DNA from: a virus
DNA length: 64,000 nucleotides
IMG/VR virus record: IMGVR_UViG_3300030737_000007
Span: 27,895-91,894 of that record
Reading direction: 5' to 3' (one strand)
Part shown: in pieces, positions 7,556 to 14,976 of the stretch
Numbering within the stretch: position 1 is the stretch's first letter
How the letters are laid out: each line of letters starts with the position of its first letter
Notes under the pieces: generated by a model
The model's input: the letters and a program-made list of their open reading frames with translations, nothing else
Databases searched by the model: none
Told to the model about the DNA's origin: nothing
Translations under genes and position numbers: made by a program

Positions 7556-7798
7556 GTGTTTATGCAATGCAAGATATGCAACACCAGGACGGAAGCGCCT
7601 TACGCTGTAGCGACGAGAGTCAACAGCAAGGAGCTTTCCATCAAAAGGTATAACCGCACGGCGCAGCCGGTCAAAGGCTCGGTGTTACTATGTGGCGTGC
7701 GTTGCTCGGGCTCGGCGCTTGAACGGTTCCTACAGTCGGGCTCTCTTGAAATGCCAAACCAGCAAGGGAGGATTCCAGATAATGGACGAACAATTTGA
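7556..7798 (+). CDS. hypothetical Zn-finger-like protein
   Basis: CKIC...LCGVRC. Confidence 0.6.
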   Translation: MFMQCKICNTRTEAPYAVATRVNSKELSIKRYNRTAQPVKGSVLLCGVRCSGSALERFLQSGSLEMPNQQGRIPDNGRTI

Positions 7799-7976
7799 CC
7801 CCGAGAAAGTAGATCGCTGGGAGCCCCAATGGGACTATGACTTCGCGGGCATGGGAATAGACCCCGATGGCGGTTTCGTAGCCGTAGAAGATTACGACAA
7901 ACTCCTACAAGTCCACATCCAGACTCTAATCGACTTCAACGCCTGCACCCTAAAGCTCGCCGCAATGAAAGGATGA
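7782..7976 (+). CDS. hypothetical protein
   Basis: GGAGG RBS; ATG inside motif A. Confidence 0.65.
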   Translation: MDEQFDPEKVDRWEPQWDYDFAGMGIDPDGGFVAVEDYDKLLQVHIQTLIDFNACTLKLAAMKG

Positions 7977-7977
7977 C

Positions 7978-8211
7978 ATGACCGACCTAGCCGAACGCAG
8001 CACACGCAACCGCTTCGGGACCTCCGAGGTACTGTTCACCAAGGGCAAGAACCGGAAGATAATTGTCGAGGCCCGCCCGCGGTGTGCTATCATAAAGTTC
8101 TCAGGGTTACACGCAGAGTATGAGGTTCCGTGGAGCGCGATCGCGAGCCTGGCAGTAAAGGCAGACGTGGCGGCTAAGCGGGCGGCGAAGAAAGCGAAGG
8201 TGGCGGCGTGA
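7978..8211 (+). CDS. hypothetical basic protein
   Basis: ORF track; coupled to neighbours. Confidence 0.65.
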   Translation: MTDLAERSTRNRFGTSEVLFTKGKNRKIIVEARPRCAIIKFSGLHAEYEVPWSAIASLAVKADVAAKRAAKKAKVAA

Positions 8212-8396
8212 TTGAAGTAACAACCAGCAAACAGTGGGCTTGGTGCAAAACCTGTGACGGCCTGATTGTGCGGGAGTCAGCAGATCGCATTTGGAGCCAC
8301 GCCCGATCAAACAACCATTGCCACAATTTGGTCGTAGAGCCTTTCATTTCAGCCACTGAGATAGAAATGGCTTCCTTGCTCCGAAATTCCAGATAA
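8208..8396 (+). CDS. hypothetical Zn-finger-like protein
   Basis: CKTC...H.....H; stop codon inside motif A. Confidence 0.6.
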   Translation: MIEVTTSKQWAWCKTCDGLIVRESADRIWSHARSNNHCHNLVVEPFISATEIEMASLLRNSR

Positions 8397-8402
8397 TGGA
8401 AA

Positions 8403-8597
8403 TCAACCCGCCGCAACAGCAGACTGAACCACAACACTAGGAAATATCACCAAGTTGGACTTCGGGGTCGCCTCTAACAAGGCGGCCCCTGTTGTTGCTA
8501 CCCAGTCCTCGATGGCTTGCTCTATAATGGTTTCGACCGACAGTCCGGTCCGCACGGCGTAATCCTCGACAAGTTCTAGGTAGGTCATAGTGAGCAA
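8403..8597 (-). CDS. small putative ribbon-helix-helix-like regulator
   Basis: YAVRTGLSVETIIEQAIEDW resembles CopG/RHH helices; divergent from 8744. Confidence 0.45.
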   Translation of the reverse strand: MLTMTYLELVEDYAVRTGLSVETIIEQAIEDWVATTGAALLEATPKSNLVIFPSVVVQSAVAAG

Positions 8598-8743
8598 TAT
8601 AGCTCATGCCCATCCGACATAGCAAGCATAAATCTGTGGAAATCAAATAATTCTGTAAAATTGTTTCCATTTCCGTACAACTGTGCCGCTATGCGGTGTA
8701 TCATACAGACATCCGCCCTACTAGGGCATACAGGAGATTTACA

Positions 8744-9418
8744 ATGGCGAAGCAAGCAATCCACACACCAGACCTCGCCGAGCTGCAATCGTTAGAGGGC
8801 TGGGCCCAACTAGATCCAGATGAGCGAGAGACAATCGTAACCAAGGCTGAGGACTTGGCCCGAGCACTTCACCAGGAGGGCCAATCCAAACTCAGCATCG
8901 GCTCCCACTTGGTGGTGATCCGTGGTATACTCCACCCTAAGAAGATGTGGACTGGGTTCCTCCGGAAGAGTTTCCACATGAGCGTGGCTACGGCGTTCCG
9001 GTATATCGCCGAGCATGAGACAGTTTCGAAGGCGCTGCCCGCCAACGTGATGAGCATTGCCATGAGCCGCGGGTATAAGATCAAGCCCCAGGCGATCGCG
9101 AAGAACCCACCGCCCAAGACGACGGATACGAAAGAGATTGTCCATTATCTGGACAAACTGGTCCGTATCCCAAAGTCGAAGGTGATCGTGGTCGAGGCGC
9201 TGGACACCGACCTGATGCTGAAGGAATGCCTGAACTTCTGCAAGACTCGGTTCGCGCGCGTGCCAAGTGGCCGCGCGAAGACTAACTTCACCCGGGCGCT
9301 GCTGGGTATGCTGCTCACCACTTTTGGAATGTCAGACCAGACGCTTGCTCCCGTAGCCGTCCCCGCTTTCTTTGCGGCAAAGCGGGGACGCCCGCTTGGG
9401 TCGCGTAAGGCTGCCTGA
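8744..9418 (+). CDS. DUF3102-like DNA-binding protein with C-terminal AT-hook-like motif
   Basis: IGSHL...W..FL...F.MS..TA.RY pattern; KRGRP near the C-terminus; AGGAG RBS. Confidence 0.6.
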   Translation: MAKQAIHTPDLAELQSLEGWAQLDPDERETIVTKAEDLARALHQEGQSKLSIGSHLVVIRGILHPKKMWTGFLRKSFHMSVATAFRYIAEHETVSKALPANVMSIAMSRGYKIKPQAIAKNPPPKTTDTKEIVHYLDKLVRIPKSKVIVVEALDTDLMLKECLNFCKTRFARVPSGRAKTNFTRALLGMLLTTFGMSDQTLAPVAVPAFFAAKRGRPLGSRKAA

Positions 9419-9422
9419 CTGA

Positions 9423-9450
9423 GGGGGCTGGGGTTCGCCTCAGCCCTTTC
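9423..9450 (+). terminator. intrinsic terminator
   Basis: GGGCTGGGG-TTCG-CCTCAGCCC hairpin then TTT. Confidence 0.65.
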
Positions 9451-9477
9451 TCAATTTGAGAATTGTGGAAATAAGAG

Positions 9478-9505
9478 TTGACTTTTTGCGGGGCGGTGGT
9501 ATTCT
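9478..9505 (+). promoter_or_regulatory. sigma70-type promoter
   Basis: TTGACT-16 nt-TATTCT with TGG extension; motif B just upstream. Confidence 0.55.
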
Positions 9506-9512
9506 ATGAGGC

Positions 9513-9734
9513 ATGGGAGCCTTTGATCTCTACGGACAGTACTACGAGAATGCCCGCGACGCTCACAACGCCGAAGATGCGCAGTGCGCAGCGATTGACG
9601 CTCAGGTTGCGGCGGAACGGGTGAACCAGTCAGAGTCGTATCTCTACAGTTTGTTGGAAGGCCAGCACTGGGAGATTGTACAACTGACTGAGCGTGTTGC
9701 CGCCTTAGAAGCGAAACTATCGGAGACCAAATGA
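9513..9734 (+). CDS. hypothetical protein
   Basis: ORF track; coiled-coil C-terminus. Confidence 0.65.
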   Translation: MGAFDLYGQYYENARDAHNAEDAQCAAIDAQVAAERVNQSESYLYSLLEGQHWEIVQLTERVAALEAKLSETK

Positions 9735-9922
9735 GCCTATACAGCCAAGCACGGGCCTGTGGCGTCAACCCCGACGCGGATGCGGATCCAGAGGATTATG
9801 ATCGGTACGCACATCACTATGTCTGCAACGCTTGCGCCGCAACCGAAGACTTTGCCCAGTATCGCGCCAACTATGTCTGCCCGTGGTGCGGCGAGGGAGT
9901 AATGGAGCTAGACACGCTATGA
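9731..9922 (+). CDS. Zn-ribbon hypothetical protein
   Basis: CNAC...CPWC. Confidence 0.65.
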   Translation: MSLYSQARACGVNPDADADPEDYDRYAHHYVCNACAATEDFAQYRANYVCPWCGEGVMELDTL

Positions 9923-10101
9923 CGCCCCGACAGAAAACCATGAATGAGATTTGCGACATTCTCCACGAGCAGGTCAAGGCCGACGGCATGGGTATGGACC
10001 GAGAGAGGTTCATAAAACAGCACCGACGCTTGAACCACAAGTGGTTACTGGTTGCGCTAGAGAACTTGAAGAACCCGATCAAAGATGAGGTTTCCGGATA
10101 A
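9919..10101 (+). CDS. hypothetical protein
   Basis: ATGA overlap upstream; TAATG overlap with the integrase inside motif A. Confidence 0.6.
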   Translation: MTPRQKTMNEICDILHEQVKADGMGMDRERFIKQHRRLNHKWLLVALENLKNPIKDEVSG

Positions 10102-11237
10102 TGGAAAACGTCCTCAAGCGCGGCAACCAGTACCACTACTCAGCCACAGTCGGCAACGGCAGAAGGCTCCGGGCCTCGCTCGGCACGTCATGTCCGAAGT
10201 CGGCCAAGCGCCTAGCCCACCGTATCGGTCTAGCCATAGCCTCGGGGCCGGACAGTGAGTTGTGGCCTACCTTACGCCTCACCCTGCCCACCCAGAGTTA
10301 CCGCACCATAGCCACGGGTATGAGCGTAACCGCGCCGCCCGACTTGGCAGAGTTCGAATCCCTGTTCAAAGAGAAGCTGGACCGGCGGGAGAAGTTGGGC
10401 GAGATCACGGCCTCGACTCACAGTCTGTACGAGGCCGCCGCCGACAGCTTTTTCAACTGGCTAATCGGCCAGAAGATCGGCCAGATCTCAGAGGTAACCC
10501 CCTCACTGGTAGAAAAGTACCAGGTCTGGCGCAAGGAAAGAGTGTCCGAGCGGCCCCAGTCTAAAAACGGGCGCTCCCTGCTGACGGACAACACGGTGCT
10601 GGCCGCTATCTTCGAACTCGCCCAGGAGGAAAGGCTGATCCAGAAGTCTCCGTTCAAAGGCCGATTCAGAGCGTACGGTGCGCCCAAGGGTGCTGAGCCG
10701 TTTACACCGGAGGAGATGGCAAAGCTGGAGGCTGCGACCACAGACGGCGATCGCCTCGCATTCAAGATCTTCAAGTGGACAGGTATGCGTGGGTCAGATG
10801 TTGCTGATCTTACTTGGGCGGCGCTTGACCACATCGGCAGGACACTGCGTTGGGAGACCCGGAAGCGCGGCGTTTGGGTTACCATCCCGATATCCGAAGC
10901 TCTTGCTGATCAGTTGGGTGCGCGTTGGTACAACTCAACTGTAGTAGTGGAGGACAAGGTGCTTTCTGGCATGACGCGCCCGAAGCTATACCGCATGATC
11001 AAAGAACTTGGCATCCGGGCTGGCGTGCCCAACTGTCATCCCCACAGATTTCGTGACACTTTAGCCGTGACATTACTTGAGCGAGGTGCTACAATTTACG
11101 ACGTAGCCAAAATGCTGGGCGACTCCGTTACGACCGTAGAGAAACACTATGCACCGTTTACCGGTCGATTGCAGGAACGGGTCCGCGGGATTTTAGATTC
11201 CAGCCGGGAGTTTATGGAATTCCGGACCACGGGATAG
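10101..11237 (+). CDS. int: tyrosine recombinase / integrase
   Basis: TGMRGSD (R), TRK (K), HPHRFRDT (HxxR), LGD in place of LGH, KHY (Y). Confidence 0.92.
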   Translation: MENVLKRGNQYHYSATVGNGRRLRASLGTSCPKSAKRLAHRIGLAIASGPDSELWPTLRLTLPTQSYRTIATGMSVTAPPDLAEFESLFKEKLDRREKLGEITASTHSLYEAAADSFFNWLIGQKIGQISEVTPSLVEKYQVWRKERVSERPQSKNGRSLLTDNTVLAAIFELAQEERLIQKSPFKGRFRAYGAPKGAEPFTPEEMAKLEAATTDGDRLAFKIFKWTGMRGSDVADLTWAALDHIGRTLRWETRKRGVWVTIPISEALADQLGARWYNSTVVVEDKVLSGMTRPKLYRMIKELGIRAGVPNCHPHRFRDTLAVTLLERGATIYDVAKMLGDSVTTVEKHYAPFTGRLQERVRGILDSSREFMEFRTTG

Positions 11238-11316
11238 TCGTACCTGCAATTTCTGTTGGAGCGCATCGACCGCCTCACCAGTAGCAAGCCCTGAGTAGCC
11301 CTTGGAGGAGAGAGAG

Positions 11317-11514
11317 ATGGCAAAGCAATACGTAGTTTCAGAGGAAGAGTTCATGTCTCTCATTGAGAGCCTAGAACTCCACGCCCTGCGTAAGAACAAC
11401 TTCATCCGCGACGACATGGGCAAGCCGCCAACGTTTGAAGAGATTCATCGCACGTATCACTACGTGGTTGTTCGATGGGTTCAGGCTATGGGCTTCGGCG
11501 GAGTCAGAAGGTAG
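11317..11514 (+). CDS. cassette mini-gene 1
   Basis: MAKQYVVSEEEF...; repeat-associated RBS. Confidence 0.7.
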   Translation: MAKQYVVSEEEFMSLIESLELHALRKNNFIRDDMGKPPTFEEIHRTYHYVVVRWVQAMGFGGVRR

Positions 11515-11556
11515 CAGGCTCTGAGTAGCCCCTTAGAAGAGAGGAAAGAGAGAGAG

Positions 11557-11757
11557 ATGAAAGATAAGCGACCGTTCGCGCCGAAGAGATTGTGGATTCT
11601 GATGCACAGAGTATGTGGTGGCACCCAATGGGCGGCGTCGATGGACTATGCATTTCCTTGGACCACGAAAGCAGCAGCGATGAGGAAGATCAAGTCGCTC
11701 GGAGAAAAGGGAAAGAACTACAGGGCGTTCAGATTCGATTGCTCCACTACTGAGTAG
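11557..11757 (+). CDS. cassette mini-gene 2
   Basis: Stop TAG is part of the repeat. Confidence 0.7.
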   Translation: MKDKRPFAPKRLWILMHRVCGGTQWAASMDYAFPWTTKAAAMRKIKSLGEKGKNYRAFRFDCSTTE

Positions 11758-11780
11758 CCCCAGAAGAGAGGAAGAGAGAT

Positions 11781-11987
11781 ATGGCGTTCAAGGTTTTTCA
11801 CAGGCGCAAAAGCGCGAGCCGGGCCGCTTTCACCATCCGCCAAATCATAAAGAATGTGGAGATTTGGCATCGCATGGAAGCCGGAAGATGTGTAGGAGAT
11901 TTTGTGCCAAAGACCGACTATGACAAGTTGTTGGAAACATGCCGCAGTTTACTGGAAGTCAACGAAGCTTTACGCGACGCTGAGTAG
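11781..11987 (+). CDS. cassette mini-gene 3
   Basis: Stop TAG is part of the repeat. Confidence 0.7.
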   Translation: MAFKVFHRRKSASRAAFTIRQIIKNVEIWHRMEAGRCVGDFVPKTDYDKLLETCRSLLEVNEALRDAE

Positions 11988-12017
11988 CCCTTACCCCAGC
12001 ACCAGAAGGAGAGAGAG

Positions 12018-12200
12018 ATGAAATATCCGAAGCGCAAAGTCCTGTCGATGAGATTCTATCGCGTCCGATGCAAGCTTGGTTACGGCTCAGTGATGATGCA
12101 GTTGGAGTGTGGTCACGCGCAGGGCAGGAAGCAGAGCGAGGCCAAGAATGTCGTCGCAGGAGTATCCACCGTCACATGCAAGCAATGTGACCCCCTGTAG
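12018..12200 (+). CDS. cassette mini-gene 4 (Cys/His-containing)
   Basis: LECGH...CKQC. Confidence 0.7.
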   Translation: MKYPKRKVLSMRFYRVRCKLGYGSVMMQLECGHAQGRKQSEAKNVVAGVSTVTCKQCDPL

Positions 12201-12239
12201 CAAAGAACTGATGCGCTGCTGCGAAACGAGGAGATACCG

Positions 12240-12377
12240 ATGAGTCAGGAAGAAGGGATGAAACTGGCGTTCTGCTGCCGCTGTGGAATGCCGATGCTGC
12301 GCTCCGGTGACGAACCACTACACCACGTTAGGCTTCTACACGGACTTTTGTGTTGGCTGAACTATTCAAGAGACTGA
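12240..12377 (+). CDS. cassette mini-gene 5
   Basis: Manual translation MSQEEGMKLAFCCRCGMPMLRSGDEPLHHVRLLHGLLCWLNYSRD*; stop inside the second repeat family. Confidence 0.6.
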   Translation: MSQEEGMKLAFCCRCGMPMLRSGDEPLHHVRLLHGLLCWLNYSRD

Positions 12378-12407
12378 TGCGCTGCTGCGCTGAAATGAGG
12401 AAATGAA

Positions 12408-12605
12408 ATGAGCGAAGCGAGAGAGCCAATGATTGGAACTGGCCCATGTTATGCGCCTCGGCAGTGCTGCTTTTGCGGAGCCGTCCACGAGAAGGGTGCC
12501 GTGATGGGCTATGCGGGAGAGATTCAATGCGGAGTCTGCGGCAAGGGTGGCAACGGAGAACCTGACGAGCCGGGGATGTTTTACAAGCGCGTAGGGATGG
12601 CCTAA
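12408..12605 (+). CDS. cassette mini-gene 6 (Zn-ribbon-like)
   Basis: CCFCG...CGVCG. Confidence 0.65.
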   Translation: MSEAREPMIGTGPCYAPRQCCFCGAVHEKGAVMGYAGEIQCGVCGKGGNGEPDEPGMFYKRVGMA

Positions 12606-12779
12606 ATGAGCAACCTTAGCGAAATGGATGAACCCTGCAAGTGCGGCCATCCTCGACATGTCCACGTAATTCGCATGATAAACACCAAGTGTGACTTTGG
12701 CTGCGCACACGGCTTATGGAGCGACAAGGAATGTCCATGCGTGAAGTTCGTTTCCGTCGCACCACCTGAAGCAAAGTAG
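12606..12779 (+). CDS. cassette mini-gene 7 (Cys/His-rich)
   Basis: Manual translation MSNLSEMDEPCKCGHPRHVH...ECPCVKF...*. Confidence 0.65.
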   Translation: MSNLSEMDEPCKCGHPRHVHVIRMINTKCDFGCAHGLWSDKECPCVKFVSVAPPEAK

Positions 12780-12804
12780 TCCCACCACACCATAAGGAGC
12801 CACC

Positions 12805-12999
12805 ATGACACCGAAACAGCGCAAGATTTGGAGTGATCGGATGATTCAGAAAGAAATTCGAATGCTCAACTTCTACCGAGCTCCTCTCGCGAATAATGAT
12901 CCTCCTGATGGATCATTTCTCATGGGCGCATTCTTGCAGGGATGGGATTCTGCGATGCGGGCCTCGCGGAAAAACCCCAAATCAAAGCCAACGAAGTAG
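12805..12999 (+). CDS. cassette mini-gene 8
   Basis: Flanked by CCACACCATAAGGAGC repeats. Confidence 0.65.
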   Translation: MTPKQRKIWSDRMIQKEIRMLNFYRAPLANNDPPDGSFLMGAFLQGWDSAMRASRKNPKSKPTK

Positions 13000-13019
13000 C
13001 CACACCATAAGGAGCAGAG

Positions 13020-13742
13020 ATGGACGACAGAGATTTTGCAGACATGGAAACCGAGGACTTCGAGCGCGAACAGGACGATTTACGCGCCAAGCTCCCAGCA
13101 GATGCTAGCCTCTCAGAGCCGCAGGAGATTCTTGGAGAGTGCGATTACAGACTCGAAGGGCCGCACAAGAAAACTCCCGAGTGTAAGAACTGGAAGGCAG
13201 CCCCAACAGCAGCAGGGAGCGAGGAGCCGACGTCTCAGCCACGGTGCAGGAATTGCGGCCAGTTCAAAGCCATGCACGAAGGATGGAGATGGTGCGTTGG
13301 CGATCCGTGGGAGGATCATAAGAAATTCTTCATCCCCGGCGACGAACCCGAGGCCACGCAGGACTCTCCGAATAAGCCCCTAGACACACAAGAACTGCCG
13401 CCGCTGGGAATGACAATCATCACCCGAGAAGATGTAAGGCGAGCGCTGGGAATCCGTGAGCGCCAGTTACGCGAAGCCCGGGCTCGGCTCTCCCAGCTTG
13501 AGAAAGAGAACCAGTGGATCAGCGTGGAGCAGGAGTTGCCTACCGAGCGCGAGCAGGTAATGATCTCCACCGCTATCGCAGGAATAATGCTGTCCTCATG
13601 GTTTTGCTGGTTTCCAGAGAAGGGTGACCCGCCTTTATGGCACAACGTTCTTCGGGAATTTGGAGAAGTTACCCACTGGCGTCCTCTTCCATCCCCTCCC
13701 AGGGAGGCACTAAGCTCCGGGTCCGAAAGGAATTCCAGATAA
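13020..13742 (+). CDS. mosaic protein with C-terminal DUF551 domain
   Basis: QWISVEQELP...VTHWRPLPSPP. Confidence 0.75.
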   Translation: MDDRDFADMETEDFEREQDDLRAKLPADASLSEPQEILGECDYRLEGPHKKTPECKNWKAAPTAAGSEEPTSQPRCRNCGQFKAMHEGWRWCVGDPWEDHKKFFIPGDEPEATQDSPNKPLDTQELPPLGMTIITREDVRRALGIRERQLREARARLSQLEKENQWISVEQELPTEREQVMISTAIAGIMLSSWFCWFPEKGDPPLWHNVLREFGEVTHWRPLPSPPREALSSGSERNSR

Positions 13743-13918
13743 TGGAAACCCATGACCTGATAAACGAAGTAGTCAACCAGGCGAACATGATCGATAAAGG
13801 TATGACCAAGATGCGGGCCAAATACTCTTTCTCAGGCACGCCGCCGGAAGGACTGAACGAAAAGTTCGCCGCGGACGCAAAAGAGTTTATGCAGTGGCAC
13901 AAAATTGGTATAAGATAA
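13742..13918 (+). CDS. hypothetical protein
   Basis: TAATG overlap inside motif A; METHDLINEVV... Confidence 0.6.
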   Translation: METHDLINEVVNQANMIDKGMTKMRAKYSFSGTPPEGLNEKFAADAKEFMQWHKIGIR

Positions 13919-13931
13919 GAAAGAGGACAAA

Positions 13932-14138
13932 ATGAGATTGGGCGCAGAACCGAGCATAACTGTAAACGGTGTAGTTCTATCACAGGCCGAAGCCATGACG
14001 TTGCGGGTGGCGCTAGGTTCATTCGTTATTTCCCTCCTCTCGGAGGGATTGGGTGAAGATGAAACTGGTCTCGCCATTTCACAGGGATACAAACGTTGCG
14101 CCGATAGCATTCATAAACTTATGTGGAGGAAACCATGA
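13932..14138 (+). CDS. hypothetical protein
   Basis: GAGG RBS; EP.ITVNG..LS.A.AMTLRVAL. Confidence 0.7.
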   Translation: MRLGAEPSITVNGVVLSQAEAMTLRVALGSFVISLLSEGLGEDETGLAISQGYKRCADSIHKLMWRKP

Positions 14139-14365
14139 ACCGTCAAGAATTCGACAACGCACTTTACATCAAACCCAGTGGCCGCGAAGACCGCGAGGCC
14201 CGAGAAAAGTCTAACACCCGCCGGTTCTGGTTTCTGTGCGTTCCGGGCGGTGCGCTGGCCGCGTTTATCGTGGCGCTGGTATCCGGCTCGGGCGGGGTAT
14301 TCTTCTGGGCCTGGCTGGTGTTTACCTTTCTGATTTACGGGCTTAGTATTCCGGAGGGGAAATGA
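14135..14365 (+). CDS. small two-TM membrane protein
   Basis: Two hydrophobic segments; GGAGG RBS. Confidence 0.65.
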   Translation: MNRQEFDNALYIKPSGREDREAREKSNTRRFWFLCVPGGALAAFIVALVSGSGGVFFWAWLVFTFLIYGLSIPEGK

Positions 14366-14976
14366 ATTCTCAAGTTGAGAAACCAGTGGTGATGTTCGAT
14401 AGCCCCGAAGCTGCCACGTATCGGACGGACATAAAGGGTTGGGTCTCGCGGGGCGGCTTGTTCTATGGGGACAACCCAGGATCGGAGCGTGGCGCGCGCT
14501 GGAGCGGCTGTACACACCAGACTTGCGAATGCGGGGCCGTTCACGAAAAGAGCCGCAGCATTTGCTGGGCCTGCGTTTCCAAACAGAGGGACGAGAAGTA
14601 CAACGCCCTTCCTATGGTGGAGTGGGATGAAGCCACACCTATCTGCACGTTCGACGACGACAAGTTCTTCTTTGACGAGTCCTCCCTGCTGGACTGGATG
14701 GGTGAACTCAAGTGGGAGGCGGAGCAACGGGGCGAAGGGCTACCGTGCGTTCAGCTTGTGCTCTGTACACCTCACCGGCTCGGGTATATCGACGAGGACC
14801 AGTGGGCCGACGACTTAGCTGAGGACGGAGAACTCCCCGCCGAGGTACAGGAAAAGCTGGACGAATTAAACGAGGCCATCAAGCGCGCGCCGGTGGTATC
14901 GTGGTGGGCTGGGGCGACCCGGATCGACGTGGAGAAGCTGTGGGAGCAGGTCGCGGCTGAGGAAGTTTCCGGATAA
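14362..14976 (+). CDS. conserved phage hypothetical protein
   Basis: GWVSR.G.FYG...ER.AR.SGCTH..C.CG pattern seen in many temperate phages. Confidence 0.75.
   Translation: MNSQVEKPVVMFDSPEAATYRTDIKGWVSRGGLFYGDNPGSERGARWSGCTHQTCECGAVHEKSRSICWACVSKQRDEKYNALPMVEWDEATPICTFDDDKFFFDESSLLDWMGELKWEAEQRGEGLPCVQLVLCTPHRLGYIDEDQWADDLAEDGELPAEVQEKLDELNEAIKRAPVVSWWAGATRIDVEKLWEQVAAEEVSG

Larger units (their letters stand above)
11281..13019 (+). repeat. direct repeats punctuating a mini-gene array
   Basis: TGAGTAGCCC at 11292, 11522, 11751, 11981 each followed by a GA-rich RBS and ATG; ACTGATGCGCTGCTGCG at 12207 and 12373; CCACACCATAAGGAGC at 12785 and 13000. Confidence 0.85.

Noticed and set aside
12208-12230. 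Additional hammerhead (CTGATGCG...GAAAC)
   Set aside because: Conserved A9 is replaced by C and no stems I/III with an NUH triplet can be formed
11281-13015. CRISPR array
   Set aside because: Repeats are short and belong to three families, and the spacers are 140-230-bp ORFs; the Cas4-like gene at 26885 is a stand-alone phage nuclease with no cas operon
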